From Lysobacterales bacterium (GTDB lineage: Bacteria; Pseudomonadota; Gammaproteobacteria; Xanthomonadales; SZUA-36): a DNA stretch of 24,813 bases. The position numbers and the translations under genes are program-made. Location: assembly GCA_041306925.1 (NCBI GenBank), contig JBFZEL010000399.1:1-24813 (forward strand). The letters run 5' to 3'. Position 1 is the stretch's first letter. Each line of letters starts with the position of its first letter. A model generated the notes under the pieces. That model worked only from the letters and a program-made list of their open reading frames with translations. It had not been told where the DNA came from and ran no database searches. Below are positions 9,622 to 17,129 of this stretch, piece after piece.

Positions 9622-10994
9622 AAATAGTTATTCTCGGCGCCGGCCAGGTTGGTTCCACGGTGGCAAGCGCGCTGGTGCATGAAGACAATGACATCTCCAT
9701 CGTTGACAAGGACGAGCGGCGACTCAAGGAACTCCAGGATCAATTGGATATCCGCAGCGTGCTGGGGCACGCTTCCCATCCAAAGGTGATGGAACGGGCC
9801 GGTATCGAGGATGCGGACCTGGTCATCGCGTTGACCAGCTCGGATGAAGTCAACATGGTCGCCTGCCAGATTGCCTATACGCTGTACAACGTCCCGACCC
9901 GCATTGCGCGTGTGCGCGCAAACGCCTACACCGACCGAACTGAATTGTTTCATCGGGAACATTCACCTGTAGATGTTTTGATCAGCCCCGAATTACTGTT
10001 GACGCAATATATCGCCAGCCTGATTGAGTACCCGGGTACGCTGCAGGTCATGGATTTCGCAGACGGCAAGGCGCAACTTGTAGCCACCCAGGCGGAAACC
10101 GGCGGCTTGCTGATAGGACAGAAGCTTTACACGCTGGCACAACACATGCACGGCCGTTCAGAAGCGCGCCTGGCAGCCATTTACCGCAGTGGCAAATTGA
10201 TTTTGCCGGAGGGCAGCACCGTCATCGAGGAAAACGATATCGTCTTTTTCCTCGCCGCAACACGCAACATCCCTGCGGTGATGAAGGAGCTCAGACCCAT
10301 CGACCGCCCGATCCGGCGTGTCATCCTGGCTGGTGGCGGTAATATCGGTAAAAACCTCGCAAAGAAGCTGGAGCGTGACCATCACGTCAAAATTATTGAA
10401 CGCAACCCGGTCAGGGCCGAAGCGATCGCCGAGGAATTGTCCAAGACCATCGTGTTGGTCGGGGACTGCACCGATGCCAGCCTGTTGCGGGAAGAATCGG
10501 TGGAAAACACCGACGTTTACTGTGTACTGACCAATGACGACGCGGCCAATATCCTGTCCGCATTGCAGGCCAAGCGCATGGGGGCGAAGAAGGTCATTGC
10601 CATTATCAACCGGCCATCCTATGTCGACCTGCTGGAGTCCGGCACGATTGATATCGCCGTCTCACCGCAGCAGATCACCATTGGCTCGCTGCTCGCGCAC
10701 ATTCGCCGCGGCAGTATCGTGCGTGTGCATTCGCTCCGGGGCGGCGCCGCCGAGGCAATCGAAGCGATCGCACTGGGTGACCGGCGCAGGTCCAGGGTCG
10801 TCGGACGCTCCGTTGAAGAACTGGACCTGCCCGAGGGTACCACCATCGTCGGTATCGTAAGACGCGAGGACGTTATTATCGCCCACCACGACACCCTGAT
10901 AGAGGAGCACGACCACGTGCTCCTTTTTGTACCTGACAAGAAGCAAATCCATGCCGTGGAACGGTTATTCCAGGTAAGCGCGACCTTCATATGA
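9618..10994 (+). CDS. trkA: Trk system potassium uptake regulatory subunit TrkA
   Basis: MKIVILGAGQVG, a second RCK motif GGGNIG, AEAIEAIA and 458 aa length. ATGA overlap with ntrX. Confidence 0.96.
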   Translation: MKIVILGAGQVGSTVASALVHEDNDISIVDKDERRLKELQDQLDIRSVLGHASHPKVMERAGIEDADLVIALTSSDEVNMVACQIAYTLYNVPTRIARVRANAYTDRTELFHREHSPVDVLISPELLLTQYIASLIEYPGTLQVMDFADGKAQLVATQAETGGLLIGQKLYTLAQHMHGRSEARLAAIYRSGKLILPEGSTVIEENDIVFFLAATRNIPAVMKELRPIDRPIRRVILAGGGNIGKNLAKKLERDHHVKIIERNPVRAEAIAEELSKTIVLVGDCTDASLLREESVENTDVYCVLTNDDAANILSALQAKRMGAKKVIAIINRPSYVDLLESGTIDIAVSPQQITIGSLLAHIRRGSIVRVHSLRGGAAEAIEAIALGDRRRSRVVGRSVEELDLPEGTTIVGIVRREDVIIAHHDTLIEEHDHVLLFVPDKKQIHAVERLFQVSATFI

Positions 10995-11118
10995 GGCGCC
11001 AACGAGGCACAAGCGAACCGCAACCGTCCAGCGAATCCCGGGATTTCTGATCGGCGGCGCCAGCCCGTGCTGCCACCCGCGTTTGACCATTGCTATCTAA
11101 ACAACATGACTGCCAGAA

Positions 11119-11147
11119 CCACCGGGGCGCGTAGCGCGTCCCGGTGG
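11119..11147. terminator. GC-rich hairpin between convergent trkA and the small acidic gene
   Basis: CCACCGGGGCGCG-TAG-CGCGTCCCGGTGG, a 13-bp stem with one G-U pair on the + strand. No strong U tract on either side. Confidence 0.4.
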
Positions 11148-11177
11148 CATCAGAGAATTGAAACTAACGGCTCAAGC

Positions 11178-11441
11178 CTACCAATCTTTGCCAAAATCAA
11201 GTTCGTCGGTGTCTTCAAGCTCGGAATACAGATCCTTTAGTTCTTTTCTTCGCTCAATCTTGCGCCGGGTGCTAAAACGATAATCAGATTCGTCTGGATC
11301 TTCCCAGTCGGCGCTGTAAAAATCCTTTGACAAGTGCTTGACGTTGTCCAGATCATCGTCCAGTTCATCTTCAAAGTCGTCGAAGTCATCAAAAGAATCC
11401 GAATCAAAATCCGTGTCCTTCGGTCCGCGTTTACTCGCCAT
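11178..11441 (-). CDS. Small highly acidic protein with a C-terminal RRKIERRKEL helix (PA3496-like, tentative)
   Basis: 87 aa with 23 Asp + 9 Glu. GGAG lies 8 nt before the ATG and a near-consensus sigma70 promoter lies upstream, supporting a real gene. Confidence 0.8.
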   Translation of the reverse strand: MASKRGPKDTDFDSDSFDDFDDFEDELDDDLDNVKHLSKDFYSADWEDPDESDYRFSTRRKIERRKELKDLYSELEDTDELDFGKDW

Positions 11442-11481
11442 TTTTACTTCTCCAATCTGAGGTAAAAGATCCTCGACTCGA

Positions 11482-11510
11482 ATTAAAAATCCTTTTTATC
11501 TTTATGTCAA
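11482..11510 (-). promoter_or_regulatory. Near-consensus sigma70 promoter of the small acidic gene
   Basis: On the minus strand: TTGACA (11510-11505), 17-nt spacer, TTTAAT (11487-11482). Confidence 0.75.
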
Positions 11511-11514
11511 GATT
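11497..11514. promoter_or_regulatory. Putative MarR (PecS/MftR-type) operator 1, covering the -35 of the small acidic gene
   Basis: TATCTTTATGTCAAGATT is an imperfect 18-bp palindrome, 15/18 identical to the reverse complement of operator 2. Confidence 0.7.
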
Positions 11515-11661
11515 AATGCTGCGAAATAGTCATTCGTATTTATCCAGGCCGAACTTCTTCAGAAAGCACGGCCCGCCAGGTAGTCAGCGGCGCAATCATG
11601 CATGCCTGTCACGCCATACTGGACAGTCACATCGGCCGCCAGGAACGGCCCAATTCACTAT

Positions 11662-11679
11662 TACCTTGACATGAAGATA
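11662..11679. promoter_or_regulatory. Putative MarR operator 2, upstream of marR
   Basis: TACCTTGACATGAAGATA is symmetric at 12 positions (TAnCTTnAnnTnAAGnTA). Confidence 0.75.
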
Positions 11680-11680
11680 T

Positions 11681-11721
11681 TTAACGTATTTGGGAAAAAG
11701 GTTATACTCCACGTCATGATA
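11681..11721 (+). promoter_or_regulatory. Putative marR promoter plus weaker operator 3 over the start codon
   Basis: TTAACG (11681-11686), 16-nt spacer, TATACT (11703-11708). ATACTCCACGTCATGATA (11704-11721) matches 8/12 operator positions. Confidence 0.5.
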
Positions 11722-12207
11722 AAAGACATCATCGATGACCTTCAGAACGAATGGAACGTGCAGCGACCCGACCTCAACACCGAACCGATGGGAGTGGTAC
11801 TGCGTATCCAGACACTGGCAAAGATCCTGGGGAATCAGACCGCAGCGACATTGCAGGAATTTGATTTGCATTGGTGGCAATACGATGTCCTGTCGACGCT
11901 CAGACGCCAGGGTAAGCCCTTTATCATGGCCGCCACCGAATTGGCCACAGCCAACATGCTCACATCCGGCGCAATGACCAATCGGATTGACCACCTGGAA
12001 GAGGACAAGCTGGTGCGCCGGATCAAGGACCACAACGACGGGCGCCGGGTGCTGGTGCAACTGACCAACAAGGGGCTCAACCTGGTTGAACAAGCGACCG
12101 AAGCGCGGTTCGAAACGGCGACGTGTGCGCTCGAAAGCCTGAGCGCCCCCCAGAGAGAATCGCTCAACAGTCTGTTACGCCTGGTACTGACTGCCCAGAC
12201 AAGCTGA
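11716..12207 (+). CDS. MarR family regulator, urate-responsive (UrtR: HucR/PecS/MftR/TamR-like) subfamily
   Basis: N-terminal D..D.L...W...RPDL extension, YDVLSTLRR, SGAMTNRID and D..DGR winged-helix motifs. W13, D57, R64 and R90 keep the D+7/D+33 spacing of HucR D73/R80/R106. The start at 11716 is preferred over the ORF-track 11602. Confidence 0.88.
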   Translation: MIKDIIDDLQNEWNVQRPDLNTEPMGVVLRIQTLAKILGNQTAATLQEFDLHWWQYDVLSTLRRQGKPFIMAATELATANMLTSGAMTNRIDHLEEDKLVRRIKDHNDGRRVLVQLTNKGLNLVEQATEARFETATCALESLSAPQRESLNSLLRLVLTAQTS

Positions 12208-12225
12208 ATCATCCAGGCTGTGCGC

Positions 12226-12248
12226 GTTAAACCTGGGGTTAAACCTGG
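12226..12248. repeat. Tandem 11-bp direct repeat (12-bp period) between convergent marR and pyk
   Basis: GTTAAACCTGG-G-GTTAAACCTGG. Confidence 0.6.
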
Positions 12249-12269
12249 CTGTCAGAGAAAAACTGCGCG

Positions 12270-14159
12270 TCAGCTACGGGGAGTTTTCCTGTGAAAGTCC
12301 GAGGCCACGCGCAATTTCCGCATGATGGAACGTTTCTTGCGGTGATGTCCCTGCATACGCCTGAGGATACCGTCCAGCATTTTCACCGCTTCGATGACGT
12401 GGTCACCCTTGTTCAGCATCACGGCCTCCGCTTCCTGCGCCATGGCCGCATCCGTGATTTCGGCTCGCGATGCATGACCCTGCTTGGTCAGACCCTCCAG
12501 TACCTGGGTCGCCCAGACCACGGGCACGTGCGCCGACTCGCAAACCCACAGGATTTCCTCCTGGACCTCGGATAGACGTTCAAAACCGCATTCCACGGCC
12601 AGGTCACCGCGTGCGATCATGACACCGCAAGCCGGAAATTTCAGGGCCTCAAGCAGGATGGCGGGCAGGTTGGCAAACCCCCGCTTGGTCTCGATTTTCA
12701 GGATCACGCCCATGTCCAGACGGTCAAGTTTTTGCAGGTGCTGGTATAAGGCGCGGACGTCATCGGGATCATTGGTAAATGACAGGCCAACCATGTCGGC
12801 GTGGCGCACTGCGAACTCGAGATCCTGCAGGTCCTTGATGCTGAGGGCGGCCAGTTTCAGCTTGGTGTCAGGCAGATTGACGCCCCTGTTACCCTCCAGC
12901 TTTTCCACCGTTTTCCGGGTATGGGTGATACGAACCTGCAATTGGTCCGCGCTGCGCTTCTCGATGATGCCGCCAATACGGCCATCGTCAAAAAATATCG
13001 GTTCACCGAGGCGGGCATCACGATAGACCTCGGGGATCGCCAGCGTAACCCTGCCTGGATTGAGCAATTCACCATTGCCGTCGTGGAATGCCGTTTTGCC
13101 GGGTTCGACCTTGGCCGAGATGAATAATGTATCGCCTTTGCGGATCAGGCAGACGCTGTCCTCCGGCGCCATGCCCGTGATTTCGGTTTCCGCGGCAGGG
13201 ATGCCTTTTTGTTCCGGCCTCATCAGGACGGTGCCATTGGCCACGTAAACGGTCTTTTTGCATTCAGCCCAGCAACCGTCTTCGCGCACCTCCCTGATAC
13301 GCCAACTTTTCCTCAATCCGCGAACATCGAGAACGCCGATTTTAGTGCCCACTTTCAAGCCTTCCAACCAGCCCCGGTCGAGGGCGAAAGTCGCTTCTGC
13401 CGCCGGCATCTCGGAAAAAGCCGTTTTGGCCGGGGTCAACCAGATCCGCGCCGGGCGCAGGAGTATGCCATCGGCCGCGCGCAATGGGCTGATCTTGAGG
13501 ACTGCCCGCTTGGTCTCCATCGGACCAAGCCGCAGTTTCGGGCCAGCGAGGTCCATGAGAATCCGGCAGGACCGGCCGGTCGACTGTTCGGCATTTCGCA
13601 GGGTATCGATCATCCTCGACCAGATTTCAGGGTAATCATGCGCGCAATTGATACGCATGCAATTCATACCGCCTTTGAGGAGCTCATGTACCATCAGGTA
13701 ATCGTCTGCGGCTTCGACCGGCATGGTCACGATGATGTGTGCCCTGCGGTTCCCCGAAAGATCACCGAACAGCGCGAGGGTGTTGCGTTCCAGGCAATCG
13801 GCGCCTGCATCGAAGGCTCTGCTGATTGCCGGAAAATCGGCGGCTTTTGCCTGACCGCTTAGCAGGTAAAGGTTGTGGATGACCGCATTGATGGTCGCCA
13901 TGACATGCGGTTCCGCCCTGCCAAGCGAAGACAGGCCCAGGCGTGCCAGCCTGTCTTGAAGTGGTTTGAGGTTTTCGCGCCGCAGGGCAAGGTAATGCAG
14001 CAGGTTTTCCGCACTTGGCAATCGCAGAGGTGGCAATCCCTGCAATGACTTCCGGTTTTGCTCCGCGCGCTTCCCAATCATCAGGCGCAGGGCTTCCATC
14101 TGCCTGATCAAGTCGTTGACGGTCCTGGGTTGTGATAACTGTTTCGAGGCAGATGTCAT
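12270..14159 (-). CDS. pyk: Pyruvate kinase, long atypical (Pyk2-type) form
   Basis: MRINCAH, DLAGPKLR, DDG, GVNLP, KIET, MIARGDLAVE, WATQVLE and VMLNKG motifs. About 130-aa N-terminal extension and no C-terminal allosteric domain. GGGAG lies 9 nt upstream. Confidence 0.92.
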   Translation of the reverse strand: MTSASKQLSQPRTVNDLIRQMEALRLMIGKRAEQNRKSLQGLPPLRLPSAENLLHYLALRRENLKPLQDRLARLGLSSLGRAEPHVMATINAVIHNLYLLSGQAKAADFPAISRAFDAGADCLERNTLALFGDLSGNRRAHIIVTMPVEAADDYLMVHELLKGGMNCMRINCAHDYPEIWSRMIDTLRNAEQSTGRSCRILMDLAGPKLRLGPMETKRAVLKISPLRAADGILLRPARIWLTPAKTAFSEMPAAEATFALDRGWLEGLKVGTKIGVLDVRGLRKSWRIREVREDGCWAECKKTVYVANGTVLMRPEQKGIPAAETEITGMAPEDSVCLIRKGDTLFISAKVEPGKTAFHDGNGELLNPGRVTLAIPEVYRDARLGEPIFFDDGRIGGIIEKRSADQLQVRITHTRKTVEKLEGNRGVNLPDTKLKLAALSIKDLQDLEFAVRHADMVGLSFTNDPDDVRALYQHLQKLDRLDMGVILKIETKRGFANLPAILLEALKFPACGVMIARGDLAVECGFERLSEVQEEILWVCESAHVPVVWATQVLEGLTKQGHASRAEITDAAMAQEAEAVMLNKGDHVIEAVKMLDGILRRMQGHHRKKRSIMRKLRVASDFHRKTPRS

Positions 14160-14179
14160 GTCGTTAAGCTCCCTGCATC

Positions 14180-14221
14180 ACTTTAATCCCGGGGATGCCA
14201 AAGCCATTTGACCCAAATCAA
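14180..14221 (-). promoter_or_regulatory. Putative class II FNR/ANR-dependent promoter of pyk
   Basis: TTGAC-CCAA-ATCAA (14208-14221) matches TTGAT-N4-ATCAA at 9/10. Minus-strand -10 TAAAGT (14185-14180) puts the box centre at -41.5. Confidence 0.65.
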
Positions 14222-14222
14222 T

Positions 14223-14263
14223 CCTGACTTCAATTGATCGCCGCAGAAACCAGTGAAGTCAGG
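14223..14263. terminator. Inverted repeat downstream of the acyltransferase gene (possible terminator insulating the pyk promoter)
   Basis: CCTGACTTCA (14223-14232) and TGAAGTCAGG (14254-14263) are perfect 10-bp arms around a long loop. Confidence 0.4.
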
Positions 14264-14282
14264 TCCCAAAACGGCCAGGGTT

Positions 14283-15164
14283 TTAATTTTTGTAGAACGA
14301 TTTTTCGCCTTCCGGCCGATTTCTGAAGCGCTTGTAGGCCCACAGGTACTGCTCTGTATCCACTTCGATACAGCGCTCTATGCAGCGATTGACCTCTGTC
14401 AGCGCTTCGCGCATGTCTTCATTGTAAAGCGCTGGGCCGGCTTTGAACAGGTGTGCACGGTAGCGCCCCCCCTTGCGCCTCTCGCAGACCGCAAATACGA
14501 CCGGCGCGCCGGTGCGCTGGGCCATACGCGGCAACAACACACCGGTCAGGGCCTCGATGCCAAAAAACGGTGCGAACTGGCCGCTGCCTCCGGTTGGCTC
14601 CTGGTCGGGCAGCAGCGCGACAAAATAACCGTCCTTGAGCAACTGGTACATGCGTTTGATACCCTTGCCGGTTGCGGGGACCATTTCAGCGCCGGCGCGG
14701 GCGCGTTTCTGTAACAGCATGGCATCGACGTCGGGGTGCTTGCTCGGTTTGTAGAGCACGGCTGCCTTGCCCTTGCTGTGCAGAAACAGGTTCAGCATCT
14801 CCCAGGAACCATAATGGGGCGCGGCCACGATCAGGCCGTTGCCCGCCTTGACGAGTTCCTCGACCTGCTCCATACCCTGCACTTCATCGAACAGCGGGTA
14901 AAGGCGTTCCAGCGGCCAGTTCCACAACATGCCGGCTTCAAAGATGCCTTTGACATAGTGCGTCATGGCGGCCCGGCCGATCTGCTTGCGCCGTTCTGCT
15001 TCCATCTGCGGATACACTGCTCTGAGGTTCAGACGCGTGACACGCCGCATTCGCGGTACCGTATACCAGACAATTGCGGCCAGCGGCGGGGCAAGATATT
15101 CGGCCGCGCGTGGCGTGACCCAGCTCAAAACACGCATCACAGCCCGAATTGCAAGTAATTTCAT
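14283..15164 (-). CDS. Lipid A biosynthesis acyltransferase (LpxL/HtrB family)
   Basis: N-terminal membrane anchor, HYGSWE (HX4E), LLPDQ, APFFG and C-terminal EQYLWAYKRFR. Confidence 0.88.
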   Translation of the reverse strand: MKLLAIRAVMRVLSWVTPRAAEYLAPPLAAIVWYTVPRMRRVTRLNLRAVYPQMEAERRKQIGRAAMTHYVKGIFEAGMLWNWPLERLYPLFDEVQGMEQVEELVKAGNGLIVAAPHYGSWEMLNLFLHSKGKAAVLYKPSKHPDVDAMLLQKRARAGAEMVPATGKGIKRMYQLLKDGYFVALLPDQEPTGGSGQFAPFFGIEALTGVLLPRMAQRTGAPVVFAVCERRKGGRYRAHLFKAGPALYNEDMREALTEVNRCIERCIEVDTEQYLWAYKRFRNRPEGEKSFYKN

Positions 15165-15239
15165 CGGTGTTCGCTCATATAGCGGTATCAGTCAATGCTA
15201 CCATTAGTCCGGCGGGCATTTTCAGGACAGGATGGTTAA

Positions 15240-15704
15240 ATGATTGCATTATTGCAAAGGGTAGCGGAAGCCAGTGTCGTTGTTAATGGAAATTCTCCGC
15301 AGGCGAGGGTCACCGGTGCCATCGGCCGTGGCATCCTCGCATTCATCGCGGTTGAAAAAGGCGATACCGAAAGCCAGTCCGACAGGCTCCTGCAACGCAT
15401 ACTCAACTACCGGATATTTGATGACGAGGACGGCCGCATGAACCTGAACCTGCGGCAGGCAGATGGCCAGTTGCTGCTGGTTTCGCAGTTTACACTGGCG
15501 GCCAACACCAATACCGGCAACCGCCCCAGCTTCACCCAGGCCGCCGAACCTGCGGATGGCAGGCGACTGTTTGATTACCTGCTCGAAGCTGCACGGCGTG
15601 AACTTGTCGATGTCCCCACCGGCGAGTTCGGAGCCAGTATGCAGGTCAGCCTTGTCAATGACGGTCCGGTAACCTTCAGCCTGCGGGTGCCGCCGCCTGT
15701 TTAA
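15240..15704 (+). CDS. dtd: D-aminoacyl-tRNA deacylase
   Basis: [39 protein letters not shown] and NDGPVT (Gly-cisPro). Confidence 0.96.
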   Translation: MIALLQRVAEASVVVNGNSPQARVTGAIGRGILAFIAVEKGDTESQSDRLLQRILNYRIFDDEDGRMNLNLRQADGQLLLVSQFTLAANTNTGNRPSFTQAAEPADGRRLFDYLLEAARRELVDVPTGEFGASMQVSLVNDGPVTFSLRVPPPV

Positions 15705-15719
15705 CTCGCCTGTTTAACT
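15694..15719. repeat. Perfect 13-bp tandem duplication spanning the dtd and ntrC stop codons
   Basis: CGCCTGTTTAACT occurs at 15694-15706 and again at 15707-15719. Confidence 0.85.
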
Positions 15720-17129
15720 GCGTTTTGAACTGCCCGTTCCGCGGTCTTCAAATTCATTCAGCTTGCGGGTCAGCGTATTGCGGCCCAGACCCAGTAAGCG
15801 TGCGGCTTCGACGCGTTTGCCACCGGTATATTCAAGTGCGCAATCGAATAGGACCTTTTCAAATTCGCTACGAACCGTGGACATCAGATCGGCCTGTCCG
15901 TTGAACAGGGCCCTGCGGGTCCAAATCTGCAGCGCTTCCGACCAGGAGTCACTGGATGCGCGCGCGGCGTCCCTATCCAGCAATCCGGCGGGCAGGTCGA
16001 TGGGCAGAATCTGCTCACCGGGCGCCATGACACACAATTGCCGGCAGAGGTTCTGCAACTGGCGGACATTACCCGGCCAGGCTTTCTGTTGCAGCGCCCG
16101 GATGGTTTCAGGCATCAGGTGCTTCTGTTCGAGCCCCATTTCAGCCGCCGTCTGGCGCAGAAAATGCCGCGCCAGCAACGGGATGTCTTCGGTGCGTTCG
16201 CGCAGGGGCGGCAACTCGATCGTGATCACATTCAGACGGTGATAAAGGTCTTCACGGAAACTGCCATCGGCAATTTTCTTCTGCAGGTCCTGGTGGGTTG
16301 CGGTCAGCACCCGTACATCCGCCCGCAGCAGATCGCGGCCACCGACGCGGTAATAATCACCTTCGGCCAGAACCCTGAGCAGGCGCGTTTGCAGTGAAAG
16401 GGGCATATCCCCGATCTCGTCCAGGAAGAGCGTACCGCCGGCAGCTTCCTCGAAACGCCCGGAACGCCTTGCGTGGGCACCGGTAAACGCGCCTTTCTCA
16501 TGACCGAAAAGTTCTGATTCCAGTAATTCGGTCGGGATGGCTGCCGTATTGATGGCCACGAAAGGCCCCTTGGAGCGCGGGCTGTGCTGGTGCAGCGCCC
16601 TGGCGACCACTTCCTTGCCGCTGCCGGTCTCGCCGGTCAGCAATACGCTGATGGTCGAACGTGACAAACGGCCGATGGTCCGGAACACTTCCTGCATGGC
16701 CACCGACTCGCCGAGCATCGGGTTGCCCGGCGCGGTTTCCCTGACGATGGGAGCCGCCGAGGGCACGGCGCAAGCACGTGCAACCACTGCGAGCACCTTG
16801 TCGAGGTCAAACGGTTTCGAGAGGTAATCGAATACACCCGACTGGAAGGCGGTGACCGCCTGGTCCAGGTCGGAGAACGCCGTCATGGCGATCACCGGAA
16901 CTTCCAATTGACGCTTCTGCAGGGCCGCTAAAACGCTCAGGCCATCGGCGTCCGGTAAACGGATATCGGTAATGATTACGGCCGGTTTGGACCCATCGAG
17001 CGCGCTGGTAACGGCTGCCACGCTGCCGAAACTTTCCGTCACGTAGCCGGCACGGTTCAGCGCCCGTGTCAACACGAAGCGGATGGCTTCGTCGTCATCG
17101 ACAACCCAGACCAGCACCGGCTCAGTCAT
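15714..17129 (-). CDS. ntrC: Nitrogen regulation response regulator NtrC
   Basis: REC domain, [42 protein letters not shown] and Fis [12 protein letters not shown]. The start at MTEPV (17129) overlaps the ntrB stop. Confidence 0.95.
   Translation of the reverse strand: MTEPVLVWVVDDDEAIRFVLTRALNRAGYVTESFGSVAAVTSALDGSKPAVIITDIRLPDADGLSVLAALQKRQLEVPVIAMTAFSDLDQAVTAFQSGVFDYLSKPFDLDKVLAVVARACAVPSAAPIVRETAPGNPMLGESVAMQEVFRTIGRLSRSTISVLLTGETGSGKEVVARALHQHSPRSKGPFVAINTAAIPTELLESELFGHEKGAFTGAHARRSGRFEEAAGGTLFLDEIGDMPLSLQTRLLRVLAEGDYYRVGGRDLLRADVRVLTATHQDLQKKIADGSFREDLYHRLNVITIELPPLRERTEDIPLLARHFLRQTAAEMGLEQKHLMPETIRALQQKAWPGNVRQLQNLCRQLCVMAPGEQILPIDLPAGLLDRDAARASSDSWSEALQIWTRRALFNGQADLMSTVRSEFEKVLFDCALEYTGGKRVEAARLLGLGRNTLTRKLNEFEDRGTGSSKRS

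Noticed and set aside
11559-11630. 23-codon minus-strand GTG ORF (VTVQYGVTGMHDCAADYLAGRAF) where a PecM-like target would normally start
   Set aside because: No convincing RBS or promoter and no resemblance to a transporter. It is too short to distinguish from chance, though a decayed remnant cannot be excluded.
11666-11694. TTGACA inside operator 2 as a + strand -35
   Set aside because: No acceptable -10 at 16-18 nt spacing (TTTGGG). Better explained as part of the operator.
12226-12248. Integron core sites (GTTAAAC fits GTTRRRY; GTTTAAC at 15699 fits RYYYAAC)
   Set aside because: No paired inverse-core/core palindrome, no cassette array and no integrase in the window.
14225-14242. MarR operator upstream of pyk
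   Set aside because: Only 7/12 consensus positions match, and the sequence is explained by the 14223-14263 inverted repeat.
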